61,886 nt of DNA from NCBI GenBank assembly GCA_034435555.1, contig DAOTXC010000178.1, positions 1 to 61,886 of the forward strand. The letters run 5' to 3'. The DNA is from Anaerolineae bacterium. Its GTDB lineage: Bacteria; Chloroflexota; Anaerolineae; B4-G1; SLSP01. The notes under the pieces were generated by a model. That model ran no database searches and was not told the origin of the DNA. It saw only the letters and a program-made list of their open reading frames with translations. Positions 1 to 10,366 of this stretch are shown piece by piece (the first letter of the stretch is position 1; the number at the start of each line of letters is the position of its first letter). Position numbers and translations under genes: made by a program.

Positions 1-11
1 TCCGCCTGCTG

Positions 12-785
12 ATGCTTGAGGGGACCGAGGCGGGCGTCTTCGCGCCGCTGGAGAGTGAGATGGTCGAAGGAGTGTTGAGGATGGGCGAGCAGCGCGCCCG
101 CACGGTAATGACCCCGCGCCACGAAATTGTCTGGCTCAATCTGGAAGATCCCCTGGAGTCGAATCTCGCCAAGATCCGCACGAGCGGCTATTCGCGCTTT
201 CCCGTCTGCGAGGGTCAACTGGATGACTTTCTCGGCCTGGCCTACACCAAAGATTTGCTAGCGCGCCAACTCACCGGACAACCGCTCGATCTTCGAGTGG
301 GCCTCCGCGAGCCGCTCTACATCCCCGAAGGGATGCCCCTGCTCGATATGTTAGAGCGCTTCCGCAGCGCGCGCACGCACGCGGCGCTGGTACTGGACGA
401 ATACGGCAGCGTCGAGGGGCTGATCACCATGCACGACCTCGTCGAGGACATCGCCGGCGACATCCGCTCGGCGGGACCAACCGAAGGGCCTAGCGCAGTG
501 CAACGCGCCGATGGTTCCTGGCTGCTCGATGGCGATTATACCGTCAACGATCTGGAGGACTTGCTGGCGCTGACCACGCCGCTGCCGAATCGGGAATTCT
601 ACGGCTACGAAACCGTCGCCGGGCTGGTGCTCGCCCTGCTGGATCACATCCCCACCCGTGGCGAGTGTGTCGCCTGGGACGGCTGGCTCTTTGAGGTCGT
701 TGATATGGACGGACTGCGGGTGGATCAAATTCTGGTTACGCCGTTGGAAGCGCAGCCACCGCCAGAAACCCTCACCGCTTCCTAA
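12..785 (+). CDS. Hemolysin/CorC-HlyC family protein (CBS pair + CorC_HlyC domain), 5' truncated by the window edge
   Basis: SGYSRFPV, LDEYGSVEGLITMHDL and YETVAGLVL motifs; the frame is open to the left edge. Confidence 0.88.
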   Translation: MLEGTEAGVFAPLESEMVEGVLRMGEQRARTVMTPRHEIVWLNLEDPLESNLAKIRTSGYSRFPVCEGQLDDFLGLAYTKDLLARQLTGQPLDLRVGLREPLYIPEGMPLLDMLERFRSARTHAALVLDEYGSVEGLITMHDLVEDIAGDIRSAGPTEGPSAVQRADGSWLLDGDYTVNDLEDLLALTTPLPNREFYGYETVAGLVLALLDHIPTRGECVAWDGWLFEVVDMDGLRVDQILVTPLEAQPPPETLTAS

Positions 786-787
786 CA

Positions 788-818
788 ACAACGGGCCGCC
801 TGTAAGGCGGCCCGTTGT
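788..818. terminator. Hairpin between convergent genes (probable bidirectional terminator)
   Basis: 13-bp perfect inverted repeat ACAACGGGCCGCC / GGCGGCCCGTTGT. Confidence 0.7.
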
Positions 819-841
819 CTGATGTATGCGCTAAATCTGCG

Positions 842-2956
842 TTATGCCTGATCTTTGAGGATGATCCGGGCATCAACCACGGTCACGCCCTTGCCTTCCT
901 CGTAAACCAACACGGGGTTGGCATCGGATTCGACGATCTCATCGCCCAGGTCGGTGATCATCTGCGAATAGCGGCTGAGCACCTCGGCCAGCGCCGCCCC
1001 ATCGCGGGGCGCTTCGCCACGCGCGCCCTTCAGAATCGGCGCGCCCTTAATGTCATCCAACATCTTCTCAGCCTGCTCCGCCGAGACGGGGGCCACACGG
1101 AAGGTCACATCCTTGAGGATCTCCACGAAGATGCCGCCCAGCCCGAACATGACCGTTGGACCGAAGGTCGGATCGTTCACGGAACCGAGGATGACCTCAG
1201 TGCCCCAGGGGGCCATGTGCTGCACCGCCACACCCTGGATGTCGGCATCGGCCTTGTAGTCCTTGGCGTTGGCGAGGATCATCTGGTAGGTCTCGCGGAC
1301 CTCCTCAGGCGTCTTCACATCGACCTTCACGCCGCCGGCATCCGACTTGTGCAGAATATCGGGGGACATGATCTTCATCACGACAGGGTAGCCCACCTCA
1401 GCGGCCAGCTCCACGGCCTGCTCCTCGCTGGTCGCCAGCTCAGTCATTGCTACAGGCAGGCCGTAGGCGGCGAAGACCTTCTTGGCCTCGACTTCGGTGA
1501 GGTTGCAGCAGCGGGCCGCGCGCGCCTTGGCGATGATCTCGCGGGCGGCGGCTTCATCCACATCGGTGTAGCGGGTGAAGGGATGCGCGGCCTGAGCACG
1601 GCTATGGGCGAATTCGCGCAACGCAGCCATCGCGTTCACTGCGACATCCGGCGCATCGAAGGCCGGGATGCCGTTCTCAACCAACCAGCGCCGCGCGGCG
1701 ACGGATTGCTCGCCGCCGACGAAGGAGACGACGACGGGCTTCCCCTCCACACCAGCCTGCTCCACCGCTTCCTTGATGCCCTTGGCGATGTCCATCGGGT
1801 CGGTCATCGCGGTCTCACAGTAGAGCACCACCAGCCCATCGAGCCACTCGTGGGCAAAGGCATAGCGAACGGAGTCCTGATACCAATCGCGCCCGGCCAT
1901 CCCGGTCAGGTCAACAGGGTTCTTGGCCGAACCAAATTCGGGCATGTGCTTCTTCATCTCCGTCTGCACATCCTCTGGGGCGAAGCGCAGCGGGATGCCA
2001 TAACGCTCGGCTGCATCGGTCGCCAGCACGCCCACGCCGCCGCCATTGGTGATGATGAGCAGGTTATCGCCCTGCATCGGCGGCTGGAGCGAGAGCGCCA
2101 GGGTCCGGTCGAAAAGGTTGCCCAGGTCGGCGGCGAGCACGACGCCCGCCTGCTGGAAAGCGGCCTCGTAGACCTTGCCCGAACCGGCGAGCGAGCCGGT
2201 ATGCGAAGCGGCAGCGGCAGCGCCGTGAGCCGAGAGTCCGGATTTGAGCGCGACAATGGGCTTGGTCGCGCGCCGCCCGGCCTCAATGAACCGCCGCCCG
2301 GCCTTGAGACCTTCGATGTAAAAACACATACAGGCCGTGTCCTCATCGGCATCGAGCCACTCCACCATATCGGCAAAATTTACGTCGGATATGTTGCCGA
2401 TGGAGATGAGCTTATCGAAGCCCACGCGCCGGATGTAGGTGGAGGCATCCATAGCGATGAGCAACGCGCCACTCTGCGAGACGAGCGAGGCTTTGCCCGG
2501 CAGCGGCAGGAAGGGCGCAAACGAGGCGTTGAGCTTGTCGGAGTTGGAGAGAATCCCCACGATATTCGGGCCGAGGACACGCATCCCGTACTGATGTGAG
2601 ATCTCAACCACCTGGTTCTCCAGGTCGGTCAACCCCACCTCGCTGAAACCAGATGCAATGATGATCAGACCCTTGACGCCTTTCTTGCCACACTCCTCGG
2701 CGACCTGGGGCACGAACTTCGCCGGCACGACCACCGCCGCCGCGTCAATGTCGCCAGGCACATCCAGCACGGAAGGGTACGCCTTCAGTCCTAAAATCTC
2801 ATCGGATTTGGGATTGATAGGATAGATAGCGCCTTCGTACTTGCTATCAATAAGATTTTTGACGACCGTGTAACCGATCTTCCCCTCTACGGAGGACGCC
2901 CCGATTACGGCCACCGCTTTAGGTCGTAACAGACCATCCAAAACTGACGAATCCAC
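842..2956 (-). CDS. ADP-forming acetate/acyl-CoA ligase, fused alpha-beta (AcdAB-type)
   Basis: N-terminal CoA-binding domain (AVIGAS, GPN), phospho-His motif ASHTGSLAG, C-terminal ATP-grasp (VVMKIMSPDILHKSDAGGV); RBS AGGAGG before GTG. Confidence 0.9.
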   Translation of the reverse strand: MDSSVLDGLLRPKAVAVIGASSVEGKIGYTVVKNLIDSKYEGAIYPINPKSDEILGLKAYPSVLDVPGDIDAAAVVVPAKFVPQVAEECGKKGVKGLIIIASGFSEVGLTDLENQVVEISHQYGMRVLGPNIVGILSNSDKLNASFAPFLPLPGKASLVSQSGALLIAMDASTYIRRVGFDKLISIGNISDVNFADMVEWLDADEDTACMCFYIEGLKAGRRFIEAGRRATKPIVALKSGLSAHGAAAAASHTGSLAGSGKVYEAAFQQAGVVLAADLGNLFDRTLALSLQPPMQGDNLLIITNGGGVGVLATDAAERYGIPLRFAPEDVQTEMKKHMPEFGSAKNPVDLTGMAGRDWYQDSVRYAFAHEWLDGLVVLYCETAMTDPMDIAKGIKEAVEQAGVEGKPVVVSFVGGEQSVAARRWLVENGIPAFDAPDVAVNAMAALREFAHSRAQAAHPFTRYTDVDEAAAREIIAKARAARCCNLTEVEAKKVFAAYGLPVAMTELATSEEQAVELAAEVGYPVVMKIMSPDILHKSDAGGVKVDVKTPEEVRETYQMILANAKDYKADADIQGVAVQHMAPWGTEVILGSVNDPTFGPTVMFGLGGIFVEILKDVTFRVAPVSAEQAEKMLDDIKGAPILKGARGEAPRDGAALAEVLSRYSQMITDLGDEIVESDANPVLVYEEGKGVTVVDARIILKDQA

Positions 2957-3002
2957 TTTTTGGCCTCCTTCGGTACAGATTTAGCCCTATGATTTTCACT
3001 AA

Positions 3003-3034
3003 AAACAAAAAGAGGGGGAAGCACAGCTCCCCCT
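3003..3034 (-). terminator. Rho-independent terminator after tig-clpP
   Basis: AGGGGGAGC/GCTTCCCCCT stem followed by a U-tract on the minus strand. Confidence 0.75.
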
Positions 3035-3041
3035 GGGTGAT

Positions 3042-3650
3042 CTATTTGTTGTTGTCGGCAGGTGTGAGCACCTTATCCACAATGCCGAATTTAACGGCCT
3101 CTGCGGCGGTCATATAGAAATCCCGATCCGTGAACTCCTTGATCTTCTCGGCATCCAGGCCAGTGTGTTCGATCAGGATTTGATTGATCAGGTCGCGCAT
3201 GCGCAGAATTTCGCGCGCCGCAATCTCGATGTCCACCGCTTGCCCCTGCACACCGCCTAGCGGCTGATGCAAGTGGATGGTGGCGTGTGACAATGCGTAC
3301 CTGCGCCCCAGCGAGCCGGCGGTAAGCAGCACCGTCGCCATGCTGGCCGTCATGCCCACCGCGATAGTCGAGACCGGCGCTTGAATCAATTGCAAGGTAT
3401 CATAAATTGCCAGCCCCGCCGCGATCTCGCCCCCCGGCGAGTTGATGTAGAAGGAAATTTCCCGATCGGGGTCCTCGCGGTCTAGGAAAAGCATCTGCGC
3501 GACGATGAGGTTGGCGACCTGAGCGTTGATCGGCGTCCCCAGAAAGACGATCCGCTCCTTGAGCAGCAGCGAGTAGATGTCATAGGCGCGCTCACCTCGC
3601 CCGGTGCTCTCGATCACCATCGGCACGACGCCCATGCTTGGCCTATCCAT
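3042..3650 (-). CDS. clpP: ATP-dependent Clp protease proteolytic subunit
   Basis: [26 protein letters not shown], catalytic Ser (ASMA) and His (HQP), DRDFYM. Confidence 0.96.
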   Translation of the reverse strand: MDRPSMGVVPMVIESTGRGERAYDIYSLLLKERIVFLGTPINAQVANLIVAQMLFLDREDPDREISFYINSPGGEIAAGLAIYDTLQLIQAPVSTIAVGMTASMATVLLTAGSLGRRYALSHATIHLHQPLGGVQGQAVDIEIAAREILRMRDLINQILIEHTGLDAEKIKEFTDRDFYMTAAEAVKFGIVDKVLTPADNNK

Positions 3651-5040
3651 CTAGCGCCTCGGCGTCCTCAGTCGGCGACGCAACTGCCTCAACCTCCGCT
3701 TCGACCGGTTCAGATGCTGCGTCCTCAGCCTCAGGCTCGGCATCCGCCTGCCCCAGGCCGATCTGTTCGAGACGCTTCAATACCTTCACCCCCGCCAACC
3801 GCCCGCTAAAACTCTTTCCCAATTGCGAATCAGGAGTGAGCTCCATCTGCGCTGCGCTTTCAACTGGAAGTCCCAAGTTCAAGATGAAGGAATCAATTTC
3901 CGATTGCACCTCTTCCAAGCTCACCTGCACCTGCTCACGAAGCGCAAACTCGGACAGGACCAGGCCCTGCGTCAAGCGACTCTCAGCAACAGGAGACAGT
4001 TCCTCCCGCAGCAACTCAAGCGTCTTGCCCTGTAAACGCAAGTAGTCTTCTAACGAGAGCTGGTGTTCTCGCTGGAGATTCTTACGGACATCTTCAACGA
4101 CATCGTCGAGCTCTTCTTCCAACATCTGTGGCGGATAGCGCACCTCAGATTGCGCCACCAACGCCTCGACCAGGGCATCGCGATAGTCCATCGCGGCGAT
4201 CTGCTCTTTGTAGGCCAAGATCCGCTCCACCAAATCGGCGCGAAGCTCCTCAAAGGTCTCGAAGTTACCCGCTGCACTCGCCAGGGCGTCATCCAGCTCC
4301 GGCAAGGTGCGAGTGTTGACCGTCTCCACCTCTACAAAGAAGTCCACAACAACGTCTCGTAAGTCTTCTTCCTCAAAATCTTCCGGCAACAAAACATCAA
4401 AAGACTTCTCCTCACCTGCAGAGAGGCCAACCAATGCTTCAATAAATTCGGCGCAGATGTAAGGATCCTCAACATCCAGCAAGATCTCGACACCGTGCTC
4501 ATGGACCAATGTCTCATCTTCATCTATCTCGCCAGTGAGCTCGCTCAGGACAATCACGTCCCCCAGCTCCGCCGGACGGTCCACCGGCGCCAAGATTGCC
4601 TTATCTTTCCGCACATGCTCTAGGGCTTGTTCGAGATCCTCATCGGTAACGACGACCGCTTCTTTGTCCAGCCGGAGTCCGAGATAATCACCCAGGTCAA
4701 CCTCCGGTGCGAGGGGTACACGAATTTTGAAGGAGACAGGGTCGAGCTGCATTTCCTCAACTCCACCGGCGGCGTAAGGCTCGACCGCAGCCTGTTCAAG
4801 CACCTGGGGGTAGATTTCGTCCAGGATTATTTCTGCAGCCTCGTTCTTGATCATCTCCTCGCCAAAGCGACGTAGCACCACATTGTAAGGGGCTTTTCCT
4901 TTGCGGAAACCGGGGATGTGTACCTCGCGGGCAATCTTCCGCGCGGCTTTCTGCATACCCTTTTGGAAGGCCTTGGCATCAACATCAACTGTGAGTAGAG
5001 CCTCATGGCTCTCCAGTAGTTCTTTCTTTACCTCAAACAC
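3643..5040 (-). CDS. tig: Trigger factor
   Basis: Ribosome-binding motif [10 protein letters not shown]; 465 aa; directly upstream of clpP. Confidence 0.93.
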   Translation of the reverse strand: MFEVKKELLESHEALLTVDVDAKAFQKGMQKAARKIAREVHIPGFRKGKAPYNVVLRRFGEEMIKNEAAEIILDEIYPQVLEQAAVEPYAAGGVEEMQLDPVSFKIRVPLAPEVDLGDYLGLRLDKEAVVVTDEDLEQALEHVRKDKAILAPVDRPAELGDVIVLSELTGEIDEDETLVHEHGVEILLDVEDPYICAEFIEALVGLSAGEEKSFDVLLPEDFEEEDLRDVVVDFFVEVETVNTRTLPELDDALASAAGNFETFEELRADLVERILAYKEQIAAMDYRDALVEALVAQSEVRYPPQMLEEELDDVVEDVRKNLQREHQLSLEDYLRLQGKTLELLREELSPVAESRLTQGLVLSEFALREQVQVSLEEVQSEIDSFILNLGLPVESAAQMELTPDSQLGKSFSGRLAGVKVLKRLEQIGLGQADAEPEAEDAASEPVEAEVEAVASPTEDAEALDG

Positions 5041-5166
5041 GTATTTACCTCCATGCGCAAATCCATTGGATTATATCATAATCCCAATGAAATACCAGTG
5101 AAGAAAATAACCCCGAATCGGACAAGATGTACTCTGAACCACCAAGGGAGTAAAATAAACACGCAT

Positions 5167-5195
5167 TTGACAAATCTCTCTATCAATGCTAGAAT
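5167..5195 (+). promoter_or_regulatory. Sigma70-type promoter
   Basis: TTGACA-N17-TAGAAT with extended -10 TG. Confidence 0.75.
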
Positions 5196-5353
5196 ATAAA
5201 TATATCCGTCAATAAAAAGGCTTATATTAACTCTATTGGAGCGCAGCGTTGAAGTATAACTCCCGCCCCCCTTAGGGGATCAGCGAGACGTTATGTTTTC
5301 GCAAGCTGAGGATAAGCAGCCGTTCGCCATTAGGGACCAAGTAGGTGGTTGAA

Positions 5354-5977
5354 ATGCAAGATACACGTCAGCAAATTCTGGAGATTCTCAAGCGCCGTGG
5401 CGAGATCACTGTGCAAGACCTCAGCCGCGCGCTGAAGCTCACCAGTGTCACGGTGCGCCATCACCTGGAGATTTTGCGTTCGGAGGGTTACATCACCGAG
5501 CCTGAGGTGCGCCGTTCGAGCCGTCCAGGGCGACCGCGTTACGTCTATCGCCTCACCTCCACCGCCGCCGATCTCTTCCCCAATAACTACAGCGGTCTGG
5601 CAAATGCGCTTTTCACCGCGCTGACGGAGCACACGAATGCCGAAGAACGAGAGCAGTTGCTCAAGGAAGCGGCGCAAAATCTGGCGCTGGGTGTTGGGGA
5701 GCTTCCCACCGCCCCGTTGCCACGGTTACAGGCTATCGTCAGCTATCTTAAACAGCTGGGCTTCGTCACCAGGCTGGAGACCCAGCCTGACGGGGAGCAC
5801 TATCTTCACATATGCAACTGTCCCTACCACTACGTCGCCCAACAACACCCAGAGATTTGCAAACTTGACTTCTACATGCTTCAGGCGTTGCTCGATCCTG
5901 CCACCCTTGAACGGCTGCCTGGGCACGCCTTTGAGGACGATCTCTGCCGTTATAAAATCACCTTTCCAGAGGGATAG
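5354..5977 (+). CDS. SufR-like winged-helix transcriptional regulator with C-terminal Cys ligands
   Basis: TRQQIL...VRHHLEIL HTH, GRPRYVYRLT, FPNNY, CNCPY...C...C pattern; RBS AGGTGG before ATG 5354. Confidence 0.78.
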   Translation: MQDTRQQILEILKRRGEITVQDLSRALKLTSVTVRHHLEILRSEGYITEPEVRRSSRPGRPRYVYRLTSTAADLFPNNYSGLANALFTALTEHTNAEEREQLLKEAAQNLALGVGELPTAPLPRLQAIVSYLKQLGFVTRLETQPDGEHYLHICNCPYHYVAQQHPEICKLDFYMLQALLDPATLERLPGHAFEDDLCRYKITFPEG

Positions 5978-6010
5978 CCCTCCCCCGCGCTTTTGAGGTA
6001 TAATAGCGCC

Positions 6011-7426
6011 ATGAAAACGCTAAAGACAACTTTGATCTACCCCGGCATCGCTGGTCGGGGTTTTAACTCGCTCAAACAAGGCATGGATGCCGGCTGGATT
6101 TCCCATGGGCTGGCCTCGCTGAGCGCCGCGGCCAAGGCGCAGGGCTTCCCCGTTGATCTGATTGACCTGCGCGCGCTCCAGAGCTGGGATCACTTCCGCG
6201 AGGTGTTGCTCGAACGCGACCCTGCTGTGGTGGGCGTCACCATGATGAGCGTGGATTACAACCCCGCCAAAGAGGCGCTCGCCATCGTCAAGACACTGCT
6301 ACCCGATACCGTCACCGTGCTCGGCGGGCCGCACGTCACCATCTCGCTCGAAGACAGCCTGCGCATCCCTCACGTTGATTATCTCGTCCTGCACGAGGGC
6401 GAAGTCACCTTCCCGCAACTACTTCAGGACATCGCTGCCGGGACGCCGCCCACGCGCAAGGTGTTGCGCGGCCCCACCCCCGATCTCAATGCCATCCCCT
6501 ACGCCGACCGCGATCTCTTCATGGAGGAGTGGCGCAAGTGGGGCTATGATCTGGACTCGCCGGAGGTGCCCTTCGCTGAGGAGCTCCCTGCGCCCTTCGC
6601 CACCATCATCGCGGGCCGGGGTTGTATCTACAACTGCAGCTTCTGCAAGCCCGGCGAGGATTACCTCTTCGGCAAGGGGACGCGCAAGCGCAGCGTGGAT
6701 AACGTGATGGGCGAGATTCGCCTTCTGGTCGAAAAGTACCGCCTCGCCTCGTTCATGTTCCACGACGATTGCCTCACCGAGGATCGCACCTGGGTGATGG
6801 AATTCACCGAGAAATACCAGGCCGCCGGCTTCACCATGCCCTTCTTCGGGCAGAGCCGCGCCGACATCATCGCTAAGAACGAAGATATGGTCGCGCGCAT
6901 GGCCGAGGCCGGGCTGCGCGGTTACTTCATCGGCTTCGAGAGCGGCAACCAGCGCGTCCTCAGCAAGGTATTGCGCAAGGGCACGACCGTCGAGCAGAAT
7001 CTCGAGGCCGCTCGCATCTGCAAGAAGTACGGCATCTCGATCTGGGCCAACTACATGATGGGCATCCCCACAGAGACCCGCGAGGAGGTCATGGACACGG
7101 TGCGGATGCTCAAGGAGATTGACCCCGACTACTACAGCCCCGCCTTTTACACCCCGCATCCCGGCACCGATCTCTACACCCTCGTCGTCGAGAATGACTT
7201 GAGCCTGATCGAGGATTACGACTCGTACCGCCGCAATCCTGAGGAGCCAAAGATCCGGGGGCAGGATTATGAGTTCCTCAAGTGGGCGATGCAGGAGAGC
7301 CAACGCCGCAAGCCGCTCAACAGCGCGCGGCGCTGGGCTGCCCATCAATGGCAGCGCGCCCGCCGGGCCACGCCCCGCAAAGTCCTGCAAAAGATCGGTC
7401 TGCTGCCCAAACCGCAGGCGACCTAA
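6011..7426 (+). CDS. B12-binding radical SAM protein
   Basis: N-terminal cobalamin-binding-like domain (VVGVT, LGGPHVT), CxxxCxxC (CIYNCSFC), GFESGNQ. Confidence 0.88.
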   Translation: MKTLKTTLIYPGIAGRGFNSLKQGMDAGWISHGLASLSAAAKAQGFPVDLIDLRALQSWDHFREVLLERDPAVVGVTMMSVDYNPAKEALAIVKTLLPDTVTVLGGPHVTISLEDSLRIPHVDYLVLHEGEVTFPQLLQDIAAGTPPTRKVLRGPTPDLNAIPYADRDLFMEEWRKWGYDLDSPEVPFAEELPAPFATIIAGRGCIYNCSFCKPGEDYLFGKGTRKRSVDNVMGEIRLLVEKYRLASFMFHDDCLTEDRTWVMEFTEKYQAAGFTMPFFGQSRADIIAKNEDMVARMAEAGLRGYFIGFESGNQRVLSKVLRKGTTVEQNLEAARICKKYGISIWANYMMGIPTETREEVMDTVRMLKEIDPDYYSPAFYTPHPGTDLYTLVVENDLSLIEDYDSYRRNPEEPKIRGQDYEFLKWAMQESQRRKPLNSARRWAAHQWQRARRATPRKVLQKIGLLPKPQAT

Positions 7427-7442
7427 CCTTCCAGACACACAG

Positions 7443-7469
7443 CAGCGCCCCCTGATAACGGGGGCGCTG
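7443..7469. terminator. Hairpin between convergent genes
   Basis: CAGCGCCCCC / GGGGGCGCTG inverted repeat. Confidence 0.65.
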
Positions 7470-7492
7470 TCGCTTCTTCTAATAGGGGATGG

Positions 7493-8695
7493 CTACACCA
7501 CCCACAGCACCTCTTGAGGATGGCTGAGGTATTCTGCGCCATTCTCCGTCACCACGACGTTCTCCTCGCGGCCAATGTAGCCATGTCCCGGCACAGAGAC
7601 GCCCAGTTCGATGGCAAAGACATTGCCCACCTCGATCACACCCTCGATGGCCTCGCCGTACCGCTCCCACTTCGGGCCGAGCACGGTCGCGCCATCATGC
7701 GCGGTGCGCCCGATGTGATGGCCGAAGGCGTGCAGGTATTCAGGATAGCCGGCCTCGACCAGGGTGCTGCGGGCCGCTCGATCCACCTCCCAGCCCCTGA
7801 CCCCGGGCTTGAGCGCCGCCCGCCCCGCCTCCAACGCCGCCGTCGCCGCGTCCCAGGCTTTCTGCACTGCTGCGGGGATGGCCTGCTCTCCCGGCGGACG
7901 TAGATACCAGGTGCGCTGCAAATCGGAGACGAAGCCGTAGCGCGAGATGCCGAAGTCCACCTGCACCAGATTACCCGCCTCCGCGCGCAAACCGGAAGGC
8001 ATCGCGTGGCCCACAGCCGATTCAGGCCCCACGGTGACGACCGGGCAGTACTCCCACTCCCACGAGGAGCCGAACTCGTGCGCCTGGAGATAGTCGTGCA
8101 AAAAGTCGGCGATCTCCAGATCGGTGACGCCGGGATGCAGGCGCTCGGTCAAAAGCGAGAAAGCCTCCTCCGTGCGAGAGACCGCCGTGCGGATCAGCGC
8201 CAATTCGGAAGCGGTCTTGCGCCCCCGCAACGCGCCGATCACCTGCTCCGCCGAAATCAACCGCGCGCCGTAGGGCGTCGTCGCCAACATCCGCGAGAGC
8301 AACCGATACATCCCATAGGTCAGCCCGTCCGCCGCCGGATCGTTCTCCGAATAGTTGACGGCGATGCGGCGCGGGTTAAAACGCTTGAGCAGCTCCAGCA
8401 ACGGCTGCTGCGCCGATTGGTCGTAACCGATGACCTCCGTATAGACCTCCAGCCGCTCGACGTTGGCGACATCGTAGCGCCCCACCAGAGCAATCCGCTC
8501 GCCCTGGCGATGGATCAACATCATTGAGGGCCACGTCAGGTGGAAACCCATCACCAGATCAATAACAGGGTCCTTCACCTGCGTCGTCTCTCGCACGAAG
8601 GTCAGCCACAGATCAATATCCTGCTCCTGCAAGATCTCGACGGCCTGCTGGGTCTTCTCGCGCACAATCGCTGCCGCTTCAAAATTGGCACTCAT
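7493..8695 (-). CDS. M24 family Xaa-Pro aminopeptidase
   Basis: Metal ligands in DFG, SDLQRT, HAFGHHIG, AIELG and REENV. Confidence 0.88.
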   Translation of the reverse strand: MSANFEAAAIVREKTQQAVEILQEQDIDLWLTFVRETTQVKDPVIDLVMGFHLTWPSMMLIHRQGERIALVGRYDVANVERLEVYTEVIGYDQSAQQPLLELLKRFNPRRIAVNYSENDPAADGLTYGMYRLLSRMLATTPYGARLISAEQVIGALRGRKTASELALIRTAVSRTEEAFSLLTERLHPGVTDLEIADFLHDYLQAHEFGSSWEWEYCPVVTVGPESAVGHAMPSGLRAEAGNLVQVDFGISRYGFVSDLQRTWYLRPPGEQAIPAAVQKAWDAATAALEAGRAALKPGVRGWEVDRAARSTLVEAGYPEYLHAFGHHIGRTAHDGATVLGPKWERYGEAIEGVIEVGNVFAIELGVSVPGHGYIGREENVVVTENGAEYLSHPQEVLWVV

Positions 8696-8746
8696 CTTGC
8701 CTCCTGCTGTTTTACACCGTGCCGTAGCCCGGTTCTGTATTTGAGA

Positions 8747-9613
8747 TCAGAGCCTTTCTCCGGTAAGGTGCTGATACAATGCCTGAAACTCCTCATCGGA
8801 GTAGTAGTAGATGACGACGCGCCCCCCCTTGCGCCCGGTCTTGAGCTGCACCCGCGTCCCCAACGCCTCCTGGAAGCGTCGTTCCAACGCCTTGACCTCC
8901 GGCGGCGGCTTGGGCGGGGCCTTCTTCGGCTGCGACACCGGCTCGCCAGCGCGGACGCGCTGCACCAGCGCCTCGGTCTGGCGGACGTTGAGCGCCTCCG
9001 CGCAGACGACCTCCAACGCGGCGACCTGCTCGTCGGCGGAGTCCAGGCCCAACAGCGCCCGCGCGTGCCCTTCGGTGATCTCCCCGGCGAGCAGCGCCTC
9101 CCGCACCTCCGGCGCGGCCTGCAACAAGCGCAAGGTATTGGTGATCGCTACGCGGCTCTTGCCGACCCGGCGCGCCACCTCCGCCTGCGAAAGGCCAAAC
9201 TCATCCACCAGCTGTTGGTAAGCGAGCGCCTCTTCCAGAGCGTTGAGATCCGCCCGCTGGACATTTTCCACCAGCGCCAGCTCCAACATCTGTTGGGGCG
9301 CGACATCCTTGACGATGACCGGAACCCGTTCCAGCCCGGCCAACCGCGACGAGCGCCAGCGGCGTTCGCCCGCGATGAGCTGATACCCCCCCTCAGGGCG
9401 GCGCGTCACCACCAGGGGCTGGATGATGCCGTGCTCCTGGATCGAAGCGGCCAGCTCCACCAAATCCTGATCGCGGAAGGGCATCCGTGGCTGGTGGGGG
9501 TTGGGTACGATCTGCTCGACTGGGACCTCTTGCATCCCCAGCGAGACGCCCTCTGCTTCCTCAGTCGGAATCAAGGCCTCCAAGCCCCGTCCCAGCCCGC
9601 GTCGTTTTGTCAT
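8747..9613 (-). CDS. parB: ParB/Spo0J chromosome-partitioning protein
   Basis: LGRGLEALI N-terminus, PNPHQPR, IAGERRWR CTPase motif, LVENVQRADLN. Confidence 0.93.
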   Translation of the reverse strand: MTKRRGLGRGLEALIPTEEAEGVSLGMQEVPVEQIVPNPHQPRMPFRDQDLVELAASIQEHGIIQPLVVTRRPEGGYQLIAGERRWRSSRLAGLERVPVIVKDVAPQQMLELALVENVQRADLNALEEALAYQQLVDEFGLSQAEVARRVGKSRVAITNTLRLLQAAPEVREALLAGEITEGHARALLGLDSADEQVAALEVVCAEALNVRQTEALVQRVRAGEPVSQPKKAPPKPPPEVKALERRFQEALGTRVQLKTGRKGGRVVIYYYSDEEFQALYQHLTGERL

Positions 9614-9787
9614 AGTCTCGTATCCTCTAGTTCAGTCTCTGTTCTCGGCACCACATCCAGTATAGCACTATCCGATGAGAAGCCAACACAAACGGCGCAG
9701 TTGTGATCGCAGCGGCTCCATCTATAATCATACGAGCACGAAAATGTAGCGCGGACTGTCAGTCCGCGTAGCCAGCGGAGGGGAATA

Positions 9788-10366
9788 ATGAACGCACAAT
9801 CTGACACGCGGTTGATCATCGGCATCAGCGGGGCGAGCGGGGCCTGCTATGGGGTGCGCCTGCTGGAGGTGCTACAACAACAAGGGGTGGAAACACACCT
9901 GGTATTGACGGAAGCGGCCCGGCTGACGCTCAAACTGGAGCTGAACCGCACCCCGGAGGCGCTGGCAGCGGGGGCCACGCGCAGCTACGCCCCCGACGAT
10001 CTTGCCGCGCCCATCGCCAGCGGCTCCTTCGCCGTCACCGGCATGATCGTCGCGCCCTGTTCCATCAAGAGCCTCTCCGCCATCGCGCACAGCCACACAG
10101 ATGATCTGCTGAGCCGCGCGGCGGATGTGACCCTCAAGGAGGGCCGCCCACTCGTGTTGGTGGTGCGGGAGACGCCGCTACACCTGGGGCATCTGCGCTT
10201 GATGGCCCAGGCCGCCGAGATCGGCGCTGTCATCTTTCCGCCGGTGCCAGCCTTCTACACACACCCCCAGACGGTGCAGGAGATCATTGACCAGACCGTG
10301 GGGCGGGTGCTCGCCCGCGTTGGCATCCCCAACGCGCTCTTCGCGCCGTGGGCGGGAGGGGCGTGA
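9788..10366 (+). CDS. ubiX: Flavin prenyltransferase
   Basis: GISGASG, APCSIKSL, RETPLH, PPVPAFY motifs. Confidence 0.93.
   Translation: MNAQSDTRLIIGISGASGACYGVRLLEVLQQQGVETHLVLTEAARLTLKLELNRTPEALAAGATRSYAPDDLAAPIASGSFAVTGMIVAPCSIKSLSAIAHSHTDDLLSRAADVTLKEGRPLVLVVRETPLHLGHLRLMAQAAEIGAVIFPPVPAFYTHPQTVQEIIDQTVGRVLARVGIPNALFAPWAGGA

Noticed and set aside
815-2599. Long antisense/shadow ORFs (e.g. 815-2599, 6419-7438, 12762-14582, 25618-27105, 31893-33086, 39039-40370, 42454-43737)
   Set aside because: They mirror well-supported genes on the opposite strand, lack SDs and motifs, and are expected in high-GC DNA.
5238-5330. tRNA-Sec-like or SRP-like look (ends in GCCA; contains AAGCAGCC)
   Set aside because: No T-loop or anticodon arm, only a 5-bp acceptor-like pairing, and no SRP CAGG-GNRA-AGCAG core.
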